A stretch of 64,000 bases of DNA from Elusimicrobiota bacterium (GTDB lineage: Bacteria; Elusimicrobiota; Elusimicrobia; UBA1565; UBA9628). Below are positions 46,196 through 55,758 of this stretch, one piece after another (the stretch's first letter is position 1; every line of letters starts with the position of its first letter). A model generated the notes under the pieces. The model did no database searches. It was not told the DNA's origin and saw only the letters and a program-made list of their open reading frames with translations. A program made the position numbers and the translations under genes. The stretch covers positions 56,124 to 120,123 of the forward strand of contig JAHFCF010000006.1 in assembly GCA_023249645.1 (NCBI GenBank), read 5' to 3'.

Positions 46196-47068
46196 TTAAC
46201 GTTGGGGAACGTGCCCCAGCAGGAAGGCTTCCAAAAGATTCTGGGACACGCGCAGGCGATACTCGATCGTGGAGCGCCAGTCGTCGATGGGGGAGACGTC
46301 CTTTTTGAGGAGTTCGAGCGCCTCGGAGACGATTTCAGGCGTCAACTTCTTTCCTTTCACGAACTTCTCCGCGGCTCTCAAACGCCGGACCGTGGGCGCC
46401 ATGCTGCCCAAAGCGAAGCGCAGTTCTTTGACCGCGCCATCAGGCTTGAGCCAGAGAAGCCCGGCTGCCGCGGTTTTGGAGATGGTCATGGCCGCGCGTC
46501 CGCCCACTTTGCGGAAGAGCTGGCGGTCGGGGTTTTGCTTGAGAAAGGGAAGTTCGATGGAGGCGATGAGCTCGCCGGGACCCAGCGTCGTCTTCTTGAC
46601 GCCGGCGAAGACCTCGCGCACGGGAATCGACCTGGGGCCATGCGGCGAGACGGTGTGGACCACGGCTTCGTAGACGACCAGGGGTGGGAAGGTGTCGCCG
46701 GCCGGCGAGGCATTGGCGATGTTGCCTGCCAGGGTGGCGCGGTTCTGGATCTGCCAGGCGCCCACGATCGAGGCTGCCTGGACCAAAAGGGGGAACTTCT
46801 CAAAGATGACAGGGTCTTTTTGAAGCTCTGAAAGCGGGAGCAAGGAGCCGATCAGCACTCCTGTCTCGGTCTTTGCGATGGCGCGCCATTCGCGGACAGC
46901 GGAGAGGTCCAGGATGGTCTTGTGGTTGAGAGTTCCTCTGTTCCAGGCGACCATGAGGTCTGTCCCGCCGGCCAGGGGGATGGCCTGAGGATTTTTTTCA
47001 TAGAGCGCGACGGCCTCCGAGCCCGTCCGCGGGCCGAGTACCGTCATGCTCCCGGGATCGCCTCTCAT
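46196..47068 (-). CDS. Xanthine dehydrogenase-family FAD-binding (medium) subunit
   Basis: Starts at ATG 47068, overlapping the stop of the Fe-S subunit gene (ATGA). Sequence AIPLAGGTDLMV is a FAD-binding motif. The ORF-track 5' extension to 47371 overlaps the upstream gene and is rejected. Confidence 0.8.
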   Translation of the reverse strand: MRGDPGSMTVLGPRTGSEAVALYEKNPQAIPLAGGTDLMVAWNRGTLNHKTILDLSAVREWRAIAKTETGVLIGSLLPLSELQKDPVIFEKFPLLVQAASIVGAWQIQNRATLAGNIANASPAGDTFPPLVVYEAVVHTVSPHGPRSIPVREVFAGVKKTTLGPGELIASIELPFLKQNPDRQLFRKVGGRAAMTISKTAAAGLLWLKPDGAVKELRFALGSMAPTVRRLRAAEKFVKGKKLTPEIVSEALELLKKDVSPIDDWRSTIEYRLRVSQNLLEAFLLGHVPQR

Positions 47069-47496
47069 TTGTTCCTTATGGAGTCCACGATCTGCTGGTA
47101 GCCCGTGCAGCGGCACAGATGCCCGGCCATGGCCTTTCGGATGCCGCTGTGTTTTTTTGTTTGCAGGCGCGAGGCACTCATGAGGATTCCCGGCGTGCAG
47201 AAACCGCATTGGGAGCCGCCGTGCTTGAGGAAGGACTTCTGCAGGGGGTGGAGCTTGTCCGGCCGGCCGAGGTTTTCGACGGTCTCGATGGCGCGGCCCT
47301 GCATCTGCCCGATGGGGATCAGACAGCTGGTCGCCGGCAGGTCGTCGACGAGCACGGTGCAGGCCCCGCATTCGCCCTCCCCGCAGCCTTCCTTGGTCCC
47401 CGTGAGAGCGAAGTCCTCGCGCAACACGTCGATGAGCCTCTTGAAGGCAAGGCCCTTGTAGGTCCGCTTCTTGCCGTTGATCGTGAAAGTGATCAT
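47065..47496 (-). CDS. (2Fe-2S)-binding small subunit of the XDH-family oxidoreductase
   Basis: Sequences GCGEGECGACTVLVDD and CGFCTPG. Confidence 0.85.
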   Translation of the reverse strand: MITFTINGKKRTYKGLAFKRLIDVLREDFALTGTKEGCGEGECGACTVLVDDLPATSCLIPIGQMQGRAIETVENLGRPDKLHPLQKSFLKHGGSQCGFCTPGILMSASRLQTKKHSGIRKAMAGHLCRCTGYQQIVDSIRNK

Positions 47497-49724
47497 GGAG
47501 ACTTCCTCAGGAGCTCATGGCAGATCTTCTCGGGTAGGACCGGGATCTGGGAGAACCAGTGGCCGGTCGCATCCGCGATGGCCGCGACCACGGCCGGGGC
47601 CGGCAGGTCCATGGGCATCTCTCCCAAGCCTTTGGCGCCGTGGGGGCCGCGCGCATAGGGCTCCTCGACGATGGTCACGTCCATGGGCGGCGTGTCCTCG
47701 AAGGTGGGGATGAGATAGTTGGTGAGCTGGGAGTTCCTCATCCAGCCGCCCCGGAAGTCCGCATGCTCCCAAAGGGCCCACCCCAGGGCCTGGGCCGTGC
47801 CGCCCATGATCTGGCCTTTGGCGAGCCGCGGGTTGATGGCCTTGCCGATGTCCTGGGCGGTCGTGACCTGGCGCACGCGCGCCTCATAGGTGAGTTTGTC
47901 CACCTCCACCTCCACGGCCACGGCCGCGTAGGAGTAGACGCCGTAGGCCTCGCCGCGGAAGAGCTGGTCGTCCCAGGTGATGTCCGCGGGCTTCTCGAAT
48001 TGGACCTCGTAGCGTTTGACGGGTTCTCCGTCGCAGAGTACTTTAGCGGCCCGCTTGAGCGCCGCTTGCGTTCTGGGCAGCGTCCGGGAGGCCTTGAGGA
48101 GATCGGCTTTCAAGTCGTGAGCCGCGCGCTCGATGAGGCCCCCGATGACCATGGTGGTACGACTCGCCACGGTAGGCCCGCTGTTAGGAACCATCGCCGT
48201 GTCCGGGGTCTCGATGCGGATGAGGCTCGTAGGCAGGCCCAAGGCCTGGGCCGCGATCTGGGCGAAGATGGTCGATGTCCCCTGGCCCAGGTCGGTCGAG
48301 GCGGCCAGGATGGTGATGAGGCCGTCCTGAGAGAGAGAGACGCCGGCCCGGCTGGCCAGGGTGACCTCGCCGCTGCCGGTGAATCCCGCGCCGTGATGGC
48401 ACAGGGAGAATCCGATCCCGCGCCAGGTCGGGTTCGATCTTTTGGAGTTCCAGCGCGCGTATTCGCGCCGTTTCTGGGCATAGCGGCTTTTGGCGGCGCA
48501 GATCGAGAGGCACTTCAGGGCGCCCACGCTGTCCTTGAGATGCTGCCCCGTGGCCGTGAGGGTCCCGGGCCGCCAGGCGTTCTTGCGCCGCAGCTCCAGG
48601 GAGTCGATGCCCACGGCCAGGGCGACTTTCTCCATCTGGAGCTCGGCGGCGAATATGGCTTGCGGCACTCCGAAGCCGCGGAAGGCTCCGTTGGGCGGCG
48701 CGTTGGTCGCTACTGCGGTCGAGCGCACGCGGACGTGCAGGCATTCGTAGGCGCCGGTCGCGTGTAGGGTGGCGCGCGAGAGCACCACGGGAGAGCAGGT
48801 GGCGAAGGCCCCGCCGTCGATGGTGATCTCGATGTCCTGGGCCACGAGCCGGCCTTCCTTGGTGACCCCGGTCTTATGCCGGATGACCGCGGGATGGCGC
48901 TTGGTCGTGGAGGCCATGTCCTCCTCTCGGTCGTAGATGATCTTGACGGGTTTGCCGGCCTTGAGCGCGAGGAGCGCCGCGTGGCCCGCGATGATCGAGG
49001 GATAATCCTCCTTGCCGCCGAAGGCGCCTCCGGTCGCGGCCTGGATGATGCGGATCTTGTCCACGGGCTTGGCGAAGATCTTGACCAGGGCCTTGTGCAC
49101 GTAGTAGGGGCACTGCAGGGAGCCCAGGACCGTGATCGTGCCGTCCTTCTCGACCCAGGCGGCCACGCCTTGGTTTTCGAGGTAGGCCTGTTCCTGGTGG
49201 CCGACGCGGTATTCTCCCTGGATGACGAAGTCGGCCATGGCGAAGCCTTCCTCGATGTCGCCTTTCTCGACGAGGCAGGTCTTGAGCACGTTGTCCTCGC
49301 CGCGGATGACGTGCTTCCGGGCGAGGGAATCCTCGATGGAAAGGACGGGTTCCCACTCGTCGTATTCGACCTGGATGTGCTTGAGCGCCTCGGCGGCCTT
49401 GACTCTTTGCGCGTGGGCGACGAGGAGGATAGCCTGCTGGGGATGCATGACCAGGTCCTCGGTCAAAAGAGGCTGGTCGTGTTCGATGAAGAGGACGTTG
49501 TTGGCGCCGGGGATGTCCGTGCTGCGGGCGATGACGCACTCATCCCAGGGGAAGGATGCGTCGAAGGAGATCTTGGTGATGCGGCCGCGGGCGATCGTGG
49601 TGCGCAGGGTCGCGCCGAAGAGTCCGCCTGGGAACTGATAGTCATCGATGAACTTGGCCGTGCCGCAGAGTTTCTGCGGCGCATCCAGCCTTTCGACGCT
49701 GACCCCCACCTGGGCGGAGCTCAT
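47493..49724 (-). CDS. Molybdopterin-binding large subunit of the XDH-family oxidoreductase (xanthine dehydrogenase/aldehyde oxidoreductase type)
   Basis: 743 aa. Aldehyde-oxidase/xanthine-dehydrogenase a/b hammerhead and MoCo-binding regions (GGAFGGKE, AFRGFG). Confidence 0.85.
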   Translation of the reverse strand: MSSAQVGVSVERLDAPQKLCGTAKFIDDYQFPGGLFGATLRTTIARGRITKISFDASFPWDECVIARSTDIPGANNVLFIEHDQPLLTEDLVMHPQQAILLVAHAQRVKAAEALKHIQVEYDEWEPVLSIEDSLARKHVIRGEDNVLKTCLVEKGDIEEGFAMADFVIQGEYRVGHQEQAYLENQGVAAWVEKDGTITVLGSLQCPYYVHKALVKIFAKPVDKIRIIQAATGGAFGGKEDYPSIIAGHAALLALKAGKPVKIIYDREEDMASTTKRHPAVIRHKTGVTKEGRLVAQDIEITIDGGAFATCSPVVLSRATLHATGAYECLHVRVRSTAVATNAPPNGAFRGFGVPQAIFAAELQMEKVALAVGIDSLELRRKNAWRPGTLTATGQHLKDSVGALKCLSICAAKSRYAQKRREYARWNSKRSNPTWRGIGFSLCHHGAGFTGSGEVTLASRAGVSLSQDGLITILAASTDLGQGTSTIFAQIAAQALGLPTSLIRIETPDTAMVPNSGPTVASRTTMVIGGLIERAAHDLKADLLKASRTLPRTQAALKRAAKVLCDGEPVKRYEVQFEKPADITWDDQLFRGEAYGVYSYAAVAVEVEVDKLTYEARVRQVTTAQDIGKAINPRLAKGQIMGGTAQALGWALWEHADFRGGWMRNSQLTNYLIPTFEDTPPMDVTIVEEPYARGPHGAKGLGEMPMDLPAPAVVAAIADATGHWFSQIPVLPEKICHELLRKSP

Positions 49725-49769
49725 GACCGGGGTATTCTAGCAAAGACTGGCGGATGCCGTAGAGTAATC

Positions 49770-49833
49770 ATCAGGGTCGGGAGCCTAGGTCAAGAGACCT
49801 AGGAGGCGTAGGTCTTATGCGGGATTTTTTTTA
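49770..49833 (+). promoter_or_regulatory. CCTAGGTC inverted repeat (cctaggtc aaga gacctagg), additional TAGGTCT and palindrome GGCCCTTTGGCCC upstream of gene 49877
   Basis: Seen directly. Same CTAGGTC motif family as the other promoter arrays. Confidence 0.35.
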
Positions 49834-49876
49834 GGCCCTTTGGCCCTTACGGTTTTTCGGAGGAGGGGCTATCCTT

Positions 49877-50491
49877 ATGCGTATGAGAGGAACTCCTATG
49901 AAAAAGATCCGAGCCAGACTTGTTGCCATCGCGCTCTTGGCTAGTCCCGCGCCGCTTCTAGCGAAAGACGGGGGAGGCCTGGCTGCCGTCAAGAATAAGG
50001 CGGCCCGATTCTTCCAAGGAGCGGATGCCACCGCCAAGGAGACGTTCCAGAAAGCGGCTGAGGAACAAGCCCGCAGCGGCGCTCAGGATCAGGCGGCGAT
50101 CGCGGCGAGCGACGAGGCGCAAGACATGCTCAATCTGCGAAGGCGTGCTCTGGCCCAGTTGGCGTCTCGGCATGTGGATGCTGGTGAGCTGACCAAGGGG
50201 CCTGACATGGACGAGATGCAGATCATCTACGGCAACAGCCCGCCGGTGGCCGCTCCTGCGGATTCCAGGCTCAATAAGTTATTCGTCGCGGAGATGGCAG
50301 GCCGCCGCCGAGTGAACATGTCCGAGAACCGGGCGACGTGTTTTTATGCTGAGACCAAGGATCACGCCTACAAGATCGTCCTGAACGATTTATTGGAGAG
50401 GAATTGGCAGGCGGCTTCAGATGCTCTTGTGAGGATTTCTCATTCAGACACCGTGGAGCGTGTGTCGCTGACCAAAAAGGTCGCGCCCTAG
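49877..50491 (+). CDS. Hypothetical secreted protein
   Basis: 204 aa. GGAGG RBS. Signal peptide (MKKIRARLVAIALLASPAPLLA from the internal ATG 49898). Its TAG stop lies inside the duplicated purQ 3'-end copy. Confidence 0.45.
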   Translation: MRMRGTPMKKIRARLVAIALLASPAPLLAKDGGGLAAVKNKAARFFQGADATAKETFQKAAEEQARSGAQDQAAIAASDEAQDMLNLRRRALAQLASRHVDAGELTKGPDMDEMQIIYGNSPPVAAPADSRLNKLFVAEMAGRRRVNMSENRATCFYAETKDHAYKIVLNDLLERNWQAASDALVRISHSDTVERVSLTKKVAP

Positions 50492-50513
50492 CTCCGGCAG
50501 TATTCCACCGCGT
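50489..50513. repeat. Direct repeat, left copy: duplicate of the purQ 3' end (TAGCTCCGGCAGTATTCCACCGCGT)
   Basis: 24 of 25 nt identical to 50670-50694. A 156-bp insert (50514-50669) with a ttcgga/tccgaa stem-loop lies between the copies. Confidence 0.8.
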
Positions 50514-50668
50514 CCGGGTTGGGCTTTATGATCATTGAAGGTCGTGGCGCAGCTGAGCCAGGGGGATGGCCTCGACGTAACTTCCCAGTGGATATCCTTT
50601 TGTGCCGCATGAAATTTCGGATTAATACTCCGAATTTTCATTGAGAAGGCAAGCGGGTCTTTGAGGCC

Positions 50669-51445
50669 TTAGCCCCGGCAGTATTCCACCGCGTTGCGCA
50701 GCATCTCCAGGCCCACGGCCTGCTTGGCGAAAGTCTGGCGCGTCCAGTTGGGATGCTGGAAGGGCGTCGTGTAGCGCTCCGGATGCGGCATCATGCCCAG
50801 GCAGTTGCCCTCGGGATTGGAGAGGGCCGCGATGTTGAAGACCGAGCCGTCGGGATTGGCCGGATAGTCCGCCAGCTTGCCGTCGTCCGAGACGTACTGC
50901 ATGGCGATGGACTTGTTCTTCTTGAGCTCCTCGAGTTGGCGGGGGGATTTCAAGACCAGCTTGCCCTCGCCGTGCGCGACCGGCAGCTCGATCATCTCGG
51001 GCAGGCCCTTGAAGAAGAGGCACGAGCTCTGCGTGTTGAGCCTCAAGTGCACCCAGCGCGTCTCGAAGCGCCCGGAGTCGTTGGCCGTGAAGGATGCCGT
51101 CTGCTCGCCGGAATGCATGAGGGGCAGCGCCCCGGTCTTGACCAGGGCCTGGAAGCCGTTGGAGATGCCCAGCACCGGGCGGCTCAAGCGCACGAACTGG
51201 CGCAGCTCCTTGACGTAGAGCTTGAGCTGGTTGGCCAGGATCTTTCCCGCGGCCACGTCGTCGCCGTAGGAGAAGCCGCCCGGCAGGACCAGGATGTCGT
51301 AGTCCAACAGATGAACCTTGCCCGCTTTAAGGAGATTGATGTGCACGCGCTCGGGCGCGCCGCCAACGGATGAGAAGGCCTCGGCGGTCTCCGCGTCGCA
51401 ATTCGTTCCCGGAGCGCGCAGGACGAGGACCTTGGGCCTCTTCAT
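50669..51445 (-). CDS. purQ: Phosphoribosylformylglycinamidine synthase subunit PurQ (glutaminase)
   Basis: Class I glutamine amidotransferase: LPGGFSYGDD, catalytic SNGFQAL, HPER. ATG 51445 overlaps the purL stop. Confidence 0.9.
   Translation of the reverse strand: MKRPKVLVLRAPGTNCDAETAEAFSSVGGAPERVHINLLKAGKVHLLDYDILVLPGGFSYGDDVAAGKILANQLKLYVKELRQFVRLSRPVLGISNGFQALVKTGALPLMHSGEQTASFTANDSGRFETRWVHLRLNTQSSCLFFKGLPEMIELPVAHGEGKLVLKSPRQLEELKKNKSIAMQYVSDDGKLADYPANPDGSVFNIAALSNPEGNCLGMMPHPERYTTPFQHPNWTRQTFAKQAVGLEMLRNAVEYCRG
50670..50694. repeat. Direct repeat, right copy: the authentic purQ 3' end
   Basis: Encodes ...NAVEYCRG* of PurQ on the minus strand. Confidence 0.8.
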
Positions 51446-53601
51446 CCCAGCCTCCGCGGCAGGACTTCCTGCCAGGCGGTCTTCAATTCTGCGAGGTCTG
51501 CTTCCATGCACACGCAGCCGTCCAGGCCCATGACCTTGAGCACCGGGTTGGCCACGGTGGTGCCCACGCGCTTGACCGCCGCGCCGCGCAGGGCCTTGAG
51601 GAAGGCCGCCTCGCGCTCCGGCGCGACCTCGAGGAGCAGGCGGCTGGCGCTCTCCGAGAAGAGAAGGACCTCGTCCGAGTAGATGGGCGCGCGGCGCGGG
51701 ACCTTGTCCAGATCGAGGATGGCGCCGAATTCTCCGGAGAATCCCATCTGGGCGGCGCAGACCCCGAGGCCTCCGGCGGCCAGATCGTGAGCGGAGAGGA
51801 CCAGGCCTTTGGTCATAGCTGCGTATACGGCTTTGAACGCAGCTATGGCCGAGCGCGGATCGACGGACGGGACGCTGCAGCTCCAGCAGCGTCCGCAGAT
51901 CTCGTGGAAAAGAGAGGCGCCGAGCTCCTCCGCGGTTGAACCCACGAGGTAGAGGGCGTTGCCCGGGCCTTTGATATCCATGGTCAGGGCCTTTCGCGCG
52001 TCGGCGACAGGAGCCAACGCGCTCACGAGCAGGGTGTCAGGGCTTTGGGTTCGGAGGCTGAGCTTCGCTGACAACAGCGGCACGCCGTATCCCTGGGCGG
52101 CGCTGCGCAGGCCGAGCGCCGCGCTGACCAAGGCGCCGAGCCTGGCCGGATTGTCGCTGCTGCCGACGAGGTTGGCGCAGAAGGCCGCGCGCGAGACGTC
52201 CGCGCCGACGCAGAGGAGGTTGCGCAGGGCTTCATCCGCGCAGGCCATGGCCATGCGGCCGGGGTGGGACTTGCCATAGGCCGGGTTGAGGCCGTGGCTC
52301 GCCGCGAAGCCGCGCCAATCCTTGGGATCTGCGGCCGGCCGGACCACGCAGGCGTCTCCCGGGCCGTCATGGCGCACGCCTTGCAGCGGCTTGATGAGGA
52401 CGCCCGCCTGCGCCTCGTGATCGTACTGGCGGATGATCCATTCGCGGCTGCAGACGCTCGCATGGGTGAGGCACTCTTTGAGGATGTGGGCGAGGGTCTT
52501 CTTGTGGCCGGGTGCTTTGGCGGGCGCTGGTTTGGCGGTTTGCCAGACCGCCCTCTGTTCAATGGCGGGGCGGCCTTCGAGCAAGAAGCGCATGTCGAGG
52601 CTGATCGCGGGCTCATGATCGAAGAAAGCCTCCAGTCGGCCGGTGGACGTGATCTCTCCTAGGACAGCCGTTTCGCAATCCTCGGAGGCGAAGAGCTCCT
52701 CGAAGGCCCTGCGCTTGGGCGCCGGCACCACGAAGACCATGCGCTCTCCTCCCTCGGAAAGCCAGATCTCCCAGGGCTTCATGTCCGCGGAGAGCTGCGG
52801 GACCTTTCCAAGGTCGATCTTGGCTCCCCGGCCGCTGGCCAGGCGCAGGATGGCCGATGCCAAGCCGCCCGTGGAGCAGAAGACCTGTCCGCGGTGGAGT
52901 TTTTTGTCGCGGGCCGCCAGCAGAGCGTCTAAGAGCTTTTTGGTGTTGAGAGGATGCGAGAGCTTGACCTCGGGGTCCGAGGCATCTCGGTCCGTGCGGC
53001 TGCCGGCGACCAGGAGGAGGTCTCCCGGTTTGGCCTTCTCTGCGGATCTGCCCGAGGGCAAGAAGCCCACGGTGCCGCAGAGGATGAGGGGGTCCTGGCG
53101 ATGCGCTTCGTCGAGCCACAGGGCCCCCGAGGCCATGGGCACGCCGAGACGGTTGGTGTAGTCCCGCGCGCCCAAGACCGATTCCTGCAGGATGCGGCGC
53201 GAGGGAAGGTCGTCTGGCGGGGCGCAGAAGAAAGCGGTGGTGGCGAGCACGGGCTTGGCTCCCAGGTCCGTGGAGAGGGCTTGGCCGATGGCCGAGCCCA
53301 TCGCGGCTTGGGCCGCGCCGTAAGGCTCGACCGCACAGGGAGATTGGCAAGCCTCGACCGCAAAGGTCAGCGACCCGCGGCCGAAAGGCAGGAAGCCTTC
53401 GGCCGGTTCGAAGAGATCCTTGATCAGGATGGTCTTTTTTCCGTCGTTGTAGCGGATGGGGCCCAGAGCGTCGCGGCGCTTCTGCGACCAGACTTGTGAG
53501 ATGGTTTTGAGCTCGGCCAAGGTCGGCGCGCGTTTCAAGGCCTTGAAATGCGCCTGGATGGCGGCGAGTTCTTCCGTGGTCGGGGCGGTCGTCTCGGACA
53601 T
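51442..53601 (-). CDS. purL: Phosphoribosylformylglycinamidine synthase subunit PurL
   Basis: 719 aa with duplicated AIRS-like domains of the PurL/PurM superfamily. Confidence 0.9.
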   Translation of the reverse strand: MSETTAPTTEELAAIQAHFKALKRAPTLAELKTISQVWSQKRRDALGPIRYNDGKKTILIKDLFEPAEGFLPFGRGSLTFAVEACQSPCAVEPYGAAQAAMGSAIGQALSTDLGAKPVLATTAFFCAPPDDLPSRRILQESVLGARDYTNRLGVPMASGALWLDEAHRQDPLILCGTVGFLPSGRSAEKAKPGDLLLVAGSRTDRDASDPEVKLSHPLNTKKLLDALLAARDKKLHRGQVFCSTGGLASAILRLASGRGAKIDLGKVPQLSADMKPWEIWLSEGGERMVFVVPAPKRRAFEELFASEDCETAVLGEITSTGRLEAFFDHEPAISLDMRFLLEGRPAIEQRAVWQTAKPAPAKAPGHKKTLAHILKECLTHASVCSREWIIRQYDHEAQAGVLIKPLQGVRHDGPGDACVVRPAADPKDWRGFAASHGLNPAYGKSHPGRMAMACADEALRNLLCVGADVSRAAFCANLVGSSDNPARLGALVSAALGLRSAAQGYGVPLLSAKLSLRTQSPDTLLVSALAPVADARKALTMDIKGPGNALYLVGSTAEELGASLFHEICGRCWSCSVPSVDPRSAIAAFKAVYAAMTKGLVLSAHDLAAGGLGVCAAQMGFSGEFGAILDLDKVPRRAPIYSDEVLLFSESASRLLLEVAPEREAAFLKALRGAAVKRVGTTVANPVLKVMGLDGCVCMEADLAELKTAWQEVLPRRLG

Positions 53602-53603
53602 CC

Positions 53604-54065
53604 TCAGGAATCCTCGCGGACGCTGAAGCTGTGGAGGGCGGGATTGGCCAGCAGGCGGTTGACGGCTTTCTCAAGCTGGACGCATCCGCACCGGCCCGAG
53701 ATGTGGTAGGCCAGGCCGCAGCGCACGGCGAGGGGCTGGGGGACGCCGAGCTCCAGAAGGGCATGAGCGGCGCTTTCTCCCCGCGAGTCCGCGAGAGTGG
53801 ATTTGAGCCAGACCTCCACGCGCCAGGCGTTGCCGCCGTTGGAAGACGGCGCGGCGGAGCTCAGGATGCGGAAGTCCTGCGTCACGCAGTCGCACAAGAG
53901 CTCGCGCGCCGCGGTCTGGGCGTGGCTCAGATTGAGCGCGCCGCGGAGCTCATAGAGCTTGCCCACGCGCACGCGATGCGCGGTGAAGACGCCCGCCGCG
54001 CGCAGCAGTTCCAAGGCCCGGGCCCCGTCGACGTCGGGCAGTTCGGGCTTCAAGGTCGCTTCCAC
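53604..54065 (-). CDS. purS: PurS, tandem duplicated PurS domains (start codon uncertain)
   Basis: Two consecutive PurS-like modules (YVVEATLKPELPDVDG...VRVGKLYEL and WRVEVWLKSTL...LANPALHSFSVRE). The ORF-track start at 54284 would put a Ser/Pro/Arg-rich N-terminus over the tRNA-Gln promoter and gene. GTG 54065 is taken as a provisional start. Confidence 0.55.
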   Translation of the reverse strand: MEATLKPELPDVDGARALELLRAAGVFTAHRVRVGKLYELRGALNLSHAQTAARELLCDCVTQDFRILSSAAPSSNGGNAWRVEVWLKSTLADSRGESAAHALLELGVPQPLAVRCGLAYHISGRCGCVQLEKAVNRLLANPALHSFSVREDS

Positions 54066-54282
54066 GACGTATCTCCCGTTGGCGAGAGCGGGGCGGCGGG
54101 TGATTTCAGGAAGGGGGGAAGGGAGGACGGCGGGGTCGGAGCTGGGGCTCTTTCGGTCTCGGCTTGCGATGGGCGACACGCTGCACCTCCCGGGCCGGCT
54201 CGGCGATTTGCGAATGGATAATTTATCAATTTTGGAGTGGACTGGCAAGGACGGCCGGGCTTCTGCTAAGATATTTGCGCTC

Positions 54283-54356
54283 ACCGATCGATTGCGGGAT
54301 GGTGAAATGGTATCACGGGTGGCTCTGAACCACTTATTCTAGGTTCGAATCCTAGT
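54283..54356 (+). tRNA. tRNA-Gln (anticodon CUG)
   Basis: Folded by hand. Acceptor TGCGGGA/TCCCGCA with U1-A72 and G73 (Gln identity). D-arm GTGA/TCAC. Anticodon stem GGTGG/CCACT with loop CTCTGAA. T-arm CTAGG-TTCGAAT-CCTAG. CCA encoded. Confidence 0.85.
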
Positions 54357-54386
54357 CCCGCAGCCACTTTAGTCGTTATAAGGACT

Positions 54387-54413
54387 GCTGAACAAAAAGC
54401 CCTCCGAAAGGAG
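54387..54413 (+). terminator. Rho-independent terminator after tRNA-Gln
   Basis: Sequence AGCCCTCC gaaa GGAGGGCT followed by TTTTTTG. Confidence 0.8.
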
Positions 54414-54434
54414 GGCTTTTTTGTATCATTATTC

Positions 54435-55697
54435 ATGTTTCGGTTCGCGTTGGGCCTCGCGCTTCTCTTCCCGTTGATCGGCTGCTCCGGCACGCAGCTA
54501 CGGGAGGAGGAACGCCAACCTGTCCGCCTCGATATCGGGCTCATGCCCCTCCTCAGCAGCGGCGCTCCCGTTGAGCCGAAAGACACCGACACCCTCATCG
54601 CGCGGCTCCAAGCCATGAGCATCTTCGATTCGGTCCGCTCGGTCGACTCGTCACACTCTCCCGATGTCGATCTGGTTCTTGCGCTGGAGGCGCACCTGGC
54701 CTCGGTGTCTCTGCGCATCTATGGAGCGGCTTCCCAGGAACAACTCTACGTCGGGAAGCTCCGGATGGACTGGAACGCCGATTACGGCATCAATGCCGTC
54801 TATGTGGCGCGGGAAATCATCGGGAAGTTCGGCCCCGGAACGCCGGAATTCAAAAAACTCATCGCCGCCCGCGCGACGCGTCCCGCGCGGCAAGCGCCCG
54901 GTCTCGAAACCCCCCATCTGTTCCAATCGGACATCGACCGGCCGGGCTACCGCATGGCCGAACACCCCGACGATTTCGCCCTTGTCGTGGGGGTCGAGAA
55001 GTATTCGGACCTGCCGGAGGCCCGGTTCGCTGGACGTGACGCTGAGGCGGCCAAGGACCACTTGCTGGCTCTTGGCTTCCCGAGCCGGAACATCGTCCAA
55101 TTGAGCGACGACAAGGCCGGCTACAAGAGCATCGAAAAATATCTGGAAACCTGGCTGCCCCGGAACAGCAACGAGAACAGCCGCGTCTTCTTCTACTTCT
55201 CGGGCCATGGCGCCCCGGATGTGCGGACTGGGCAGGCATATCTTCTCCCCTGGGACGGAGACCCGGGCTTCCTGGAGACAACCGGCTATCCGGTCAAGCG
55301 TCTCTATGAGAAATTGTCCACGCTCAAGGCCAAAGAGGTCATCGTGGCTTTAGACGCCTGCTTCTCGGGGGCGGGCGGACGGTCGGTCCTGGCCAAAGGG
55401 GCTCGGCCTTTGGTTATGAAGGTGGACACCGCGACAGCGCCTCAAAACCTGACCGTGTTCGCAGCGGCCTCGGGCGAACAAATCACCAGCACGCTCGAAG
55501 ACCAGGGGCACGGGACCTTCACCTACTACTTCCTGAAAGGCTTGAGTGGTGGAGCCAAGGACGCCTCCGGACGGGTCACGACGCAGGCCCTTTACGACTA
55601 CCTCAAGCCCAAGGTGCAGGACGCGGCCCGGCGGCAGAACCGAGACCAGGAGCCGGTCCTGCACGGCCAAGGCGACCGGGAACTCGTTCGGTTCTGA
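54435..55697 (+). CDS. Caspase-like (peptidase C14 family) lipoprotein
   Basis: Lipobox LIGCSG. C14 catalytic dyad context: FFYFSGHGAPD (His) and VALDACFSGAGG (Cys). 420 aa. Confidence 0.65.
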   Translation: MFRFALGLALLFPLIGCSGTQLREEERQPVRLDIGLMPLLSSGAPVEPKDTDTLIARLQAMSIFDSVRSVDSSHSPDVDLVLALEAHLASVSLRIYGAASQEQLYVGKLRMDWNADYGINAVYVAREIIGKFGPGTPEFKKLIAARATRPARQAPGLETPHLFQSDIDRPGYRMAEHPDDFALVVGVEKYSDLPEARFAGRDAEAAKDHLLALGFPSRNIVQLSDDKAGYKSIEKYLETWLPRNSNENSRVFFYFSGHGAPDVRTGQAYLLPWDGDPGFLETTGYPVKRLYEKLSTLKAKEVIVALDACFSGAGGRSVLAKGARPLVMKVDTATAPQNLTVFAAASGEQITSTLEDQGHGTFTYYFLKGLSGGAKDASGRVTTQALYDYLKPKVQDAARRQNRDQEPVLHGQGDRELVRF

Positions 55698-55758
55698 TAG
55701 CGTCCTATTCGGGTTGCGGACAACTCGGCAGAATTTTAAGTCGCTTCTTCTCGCCTGA

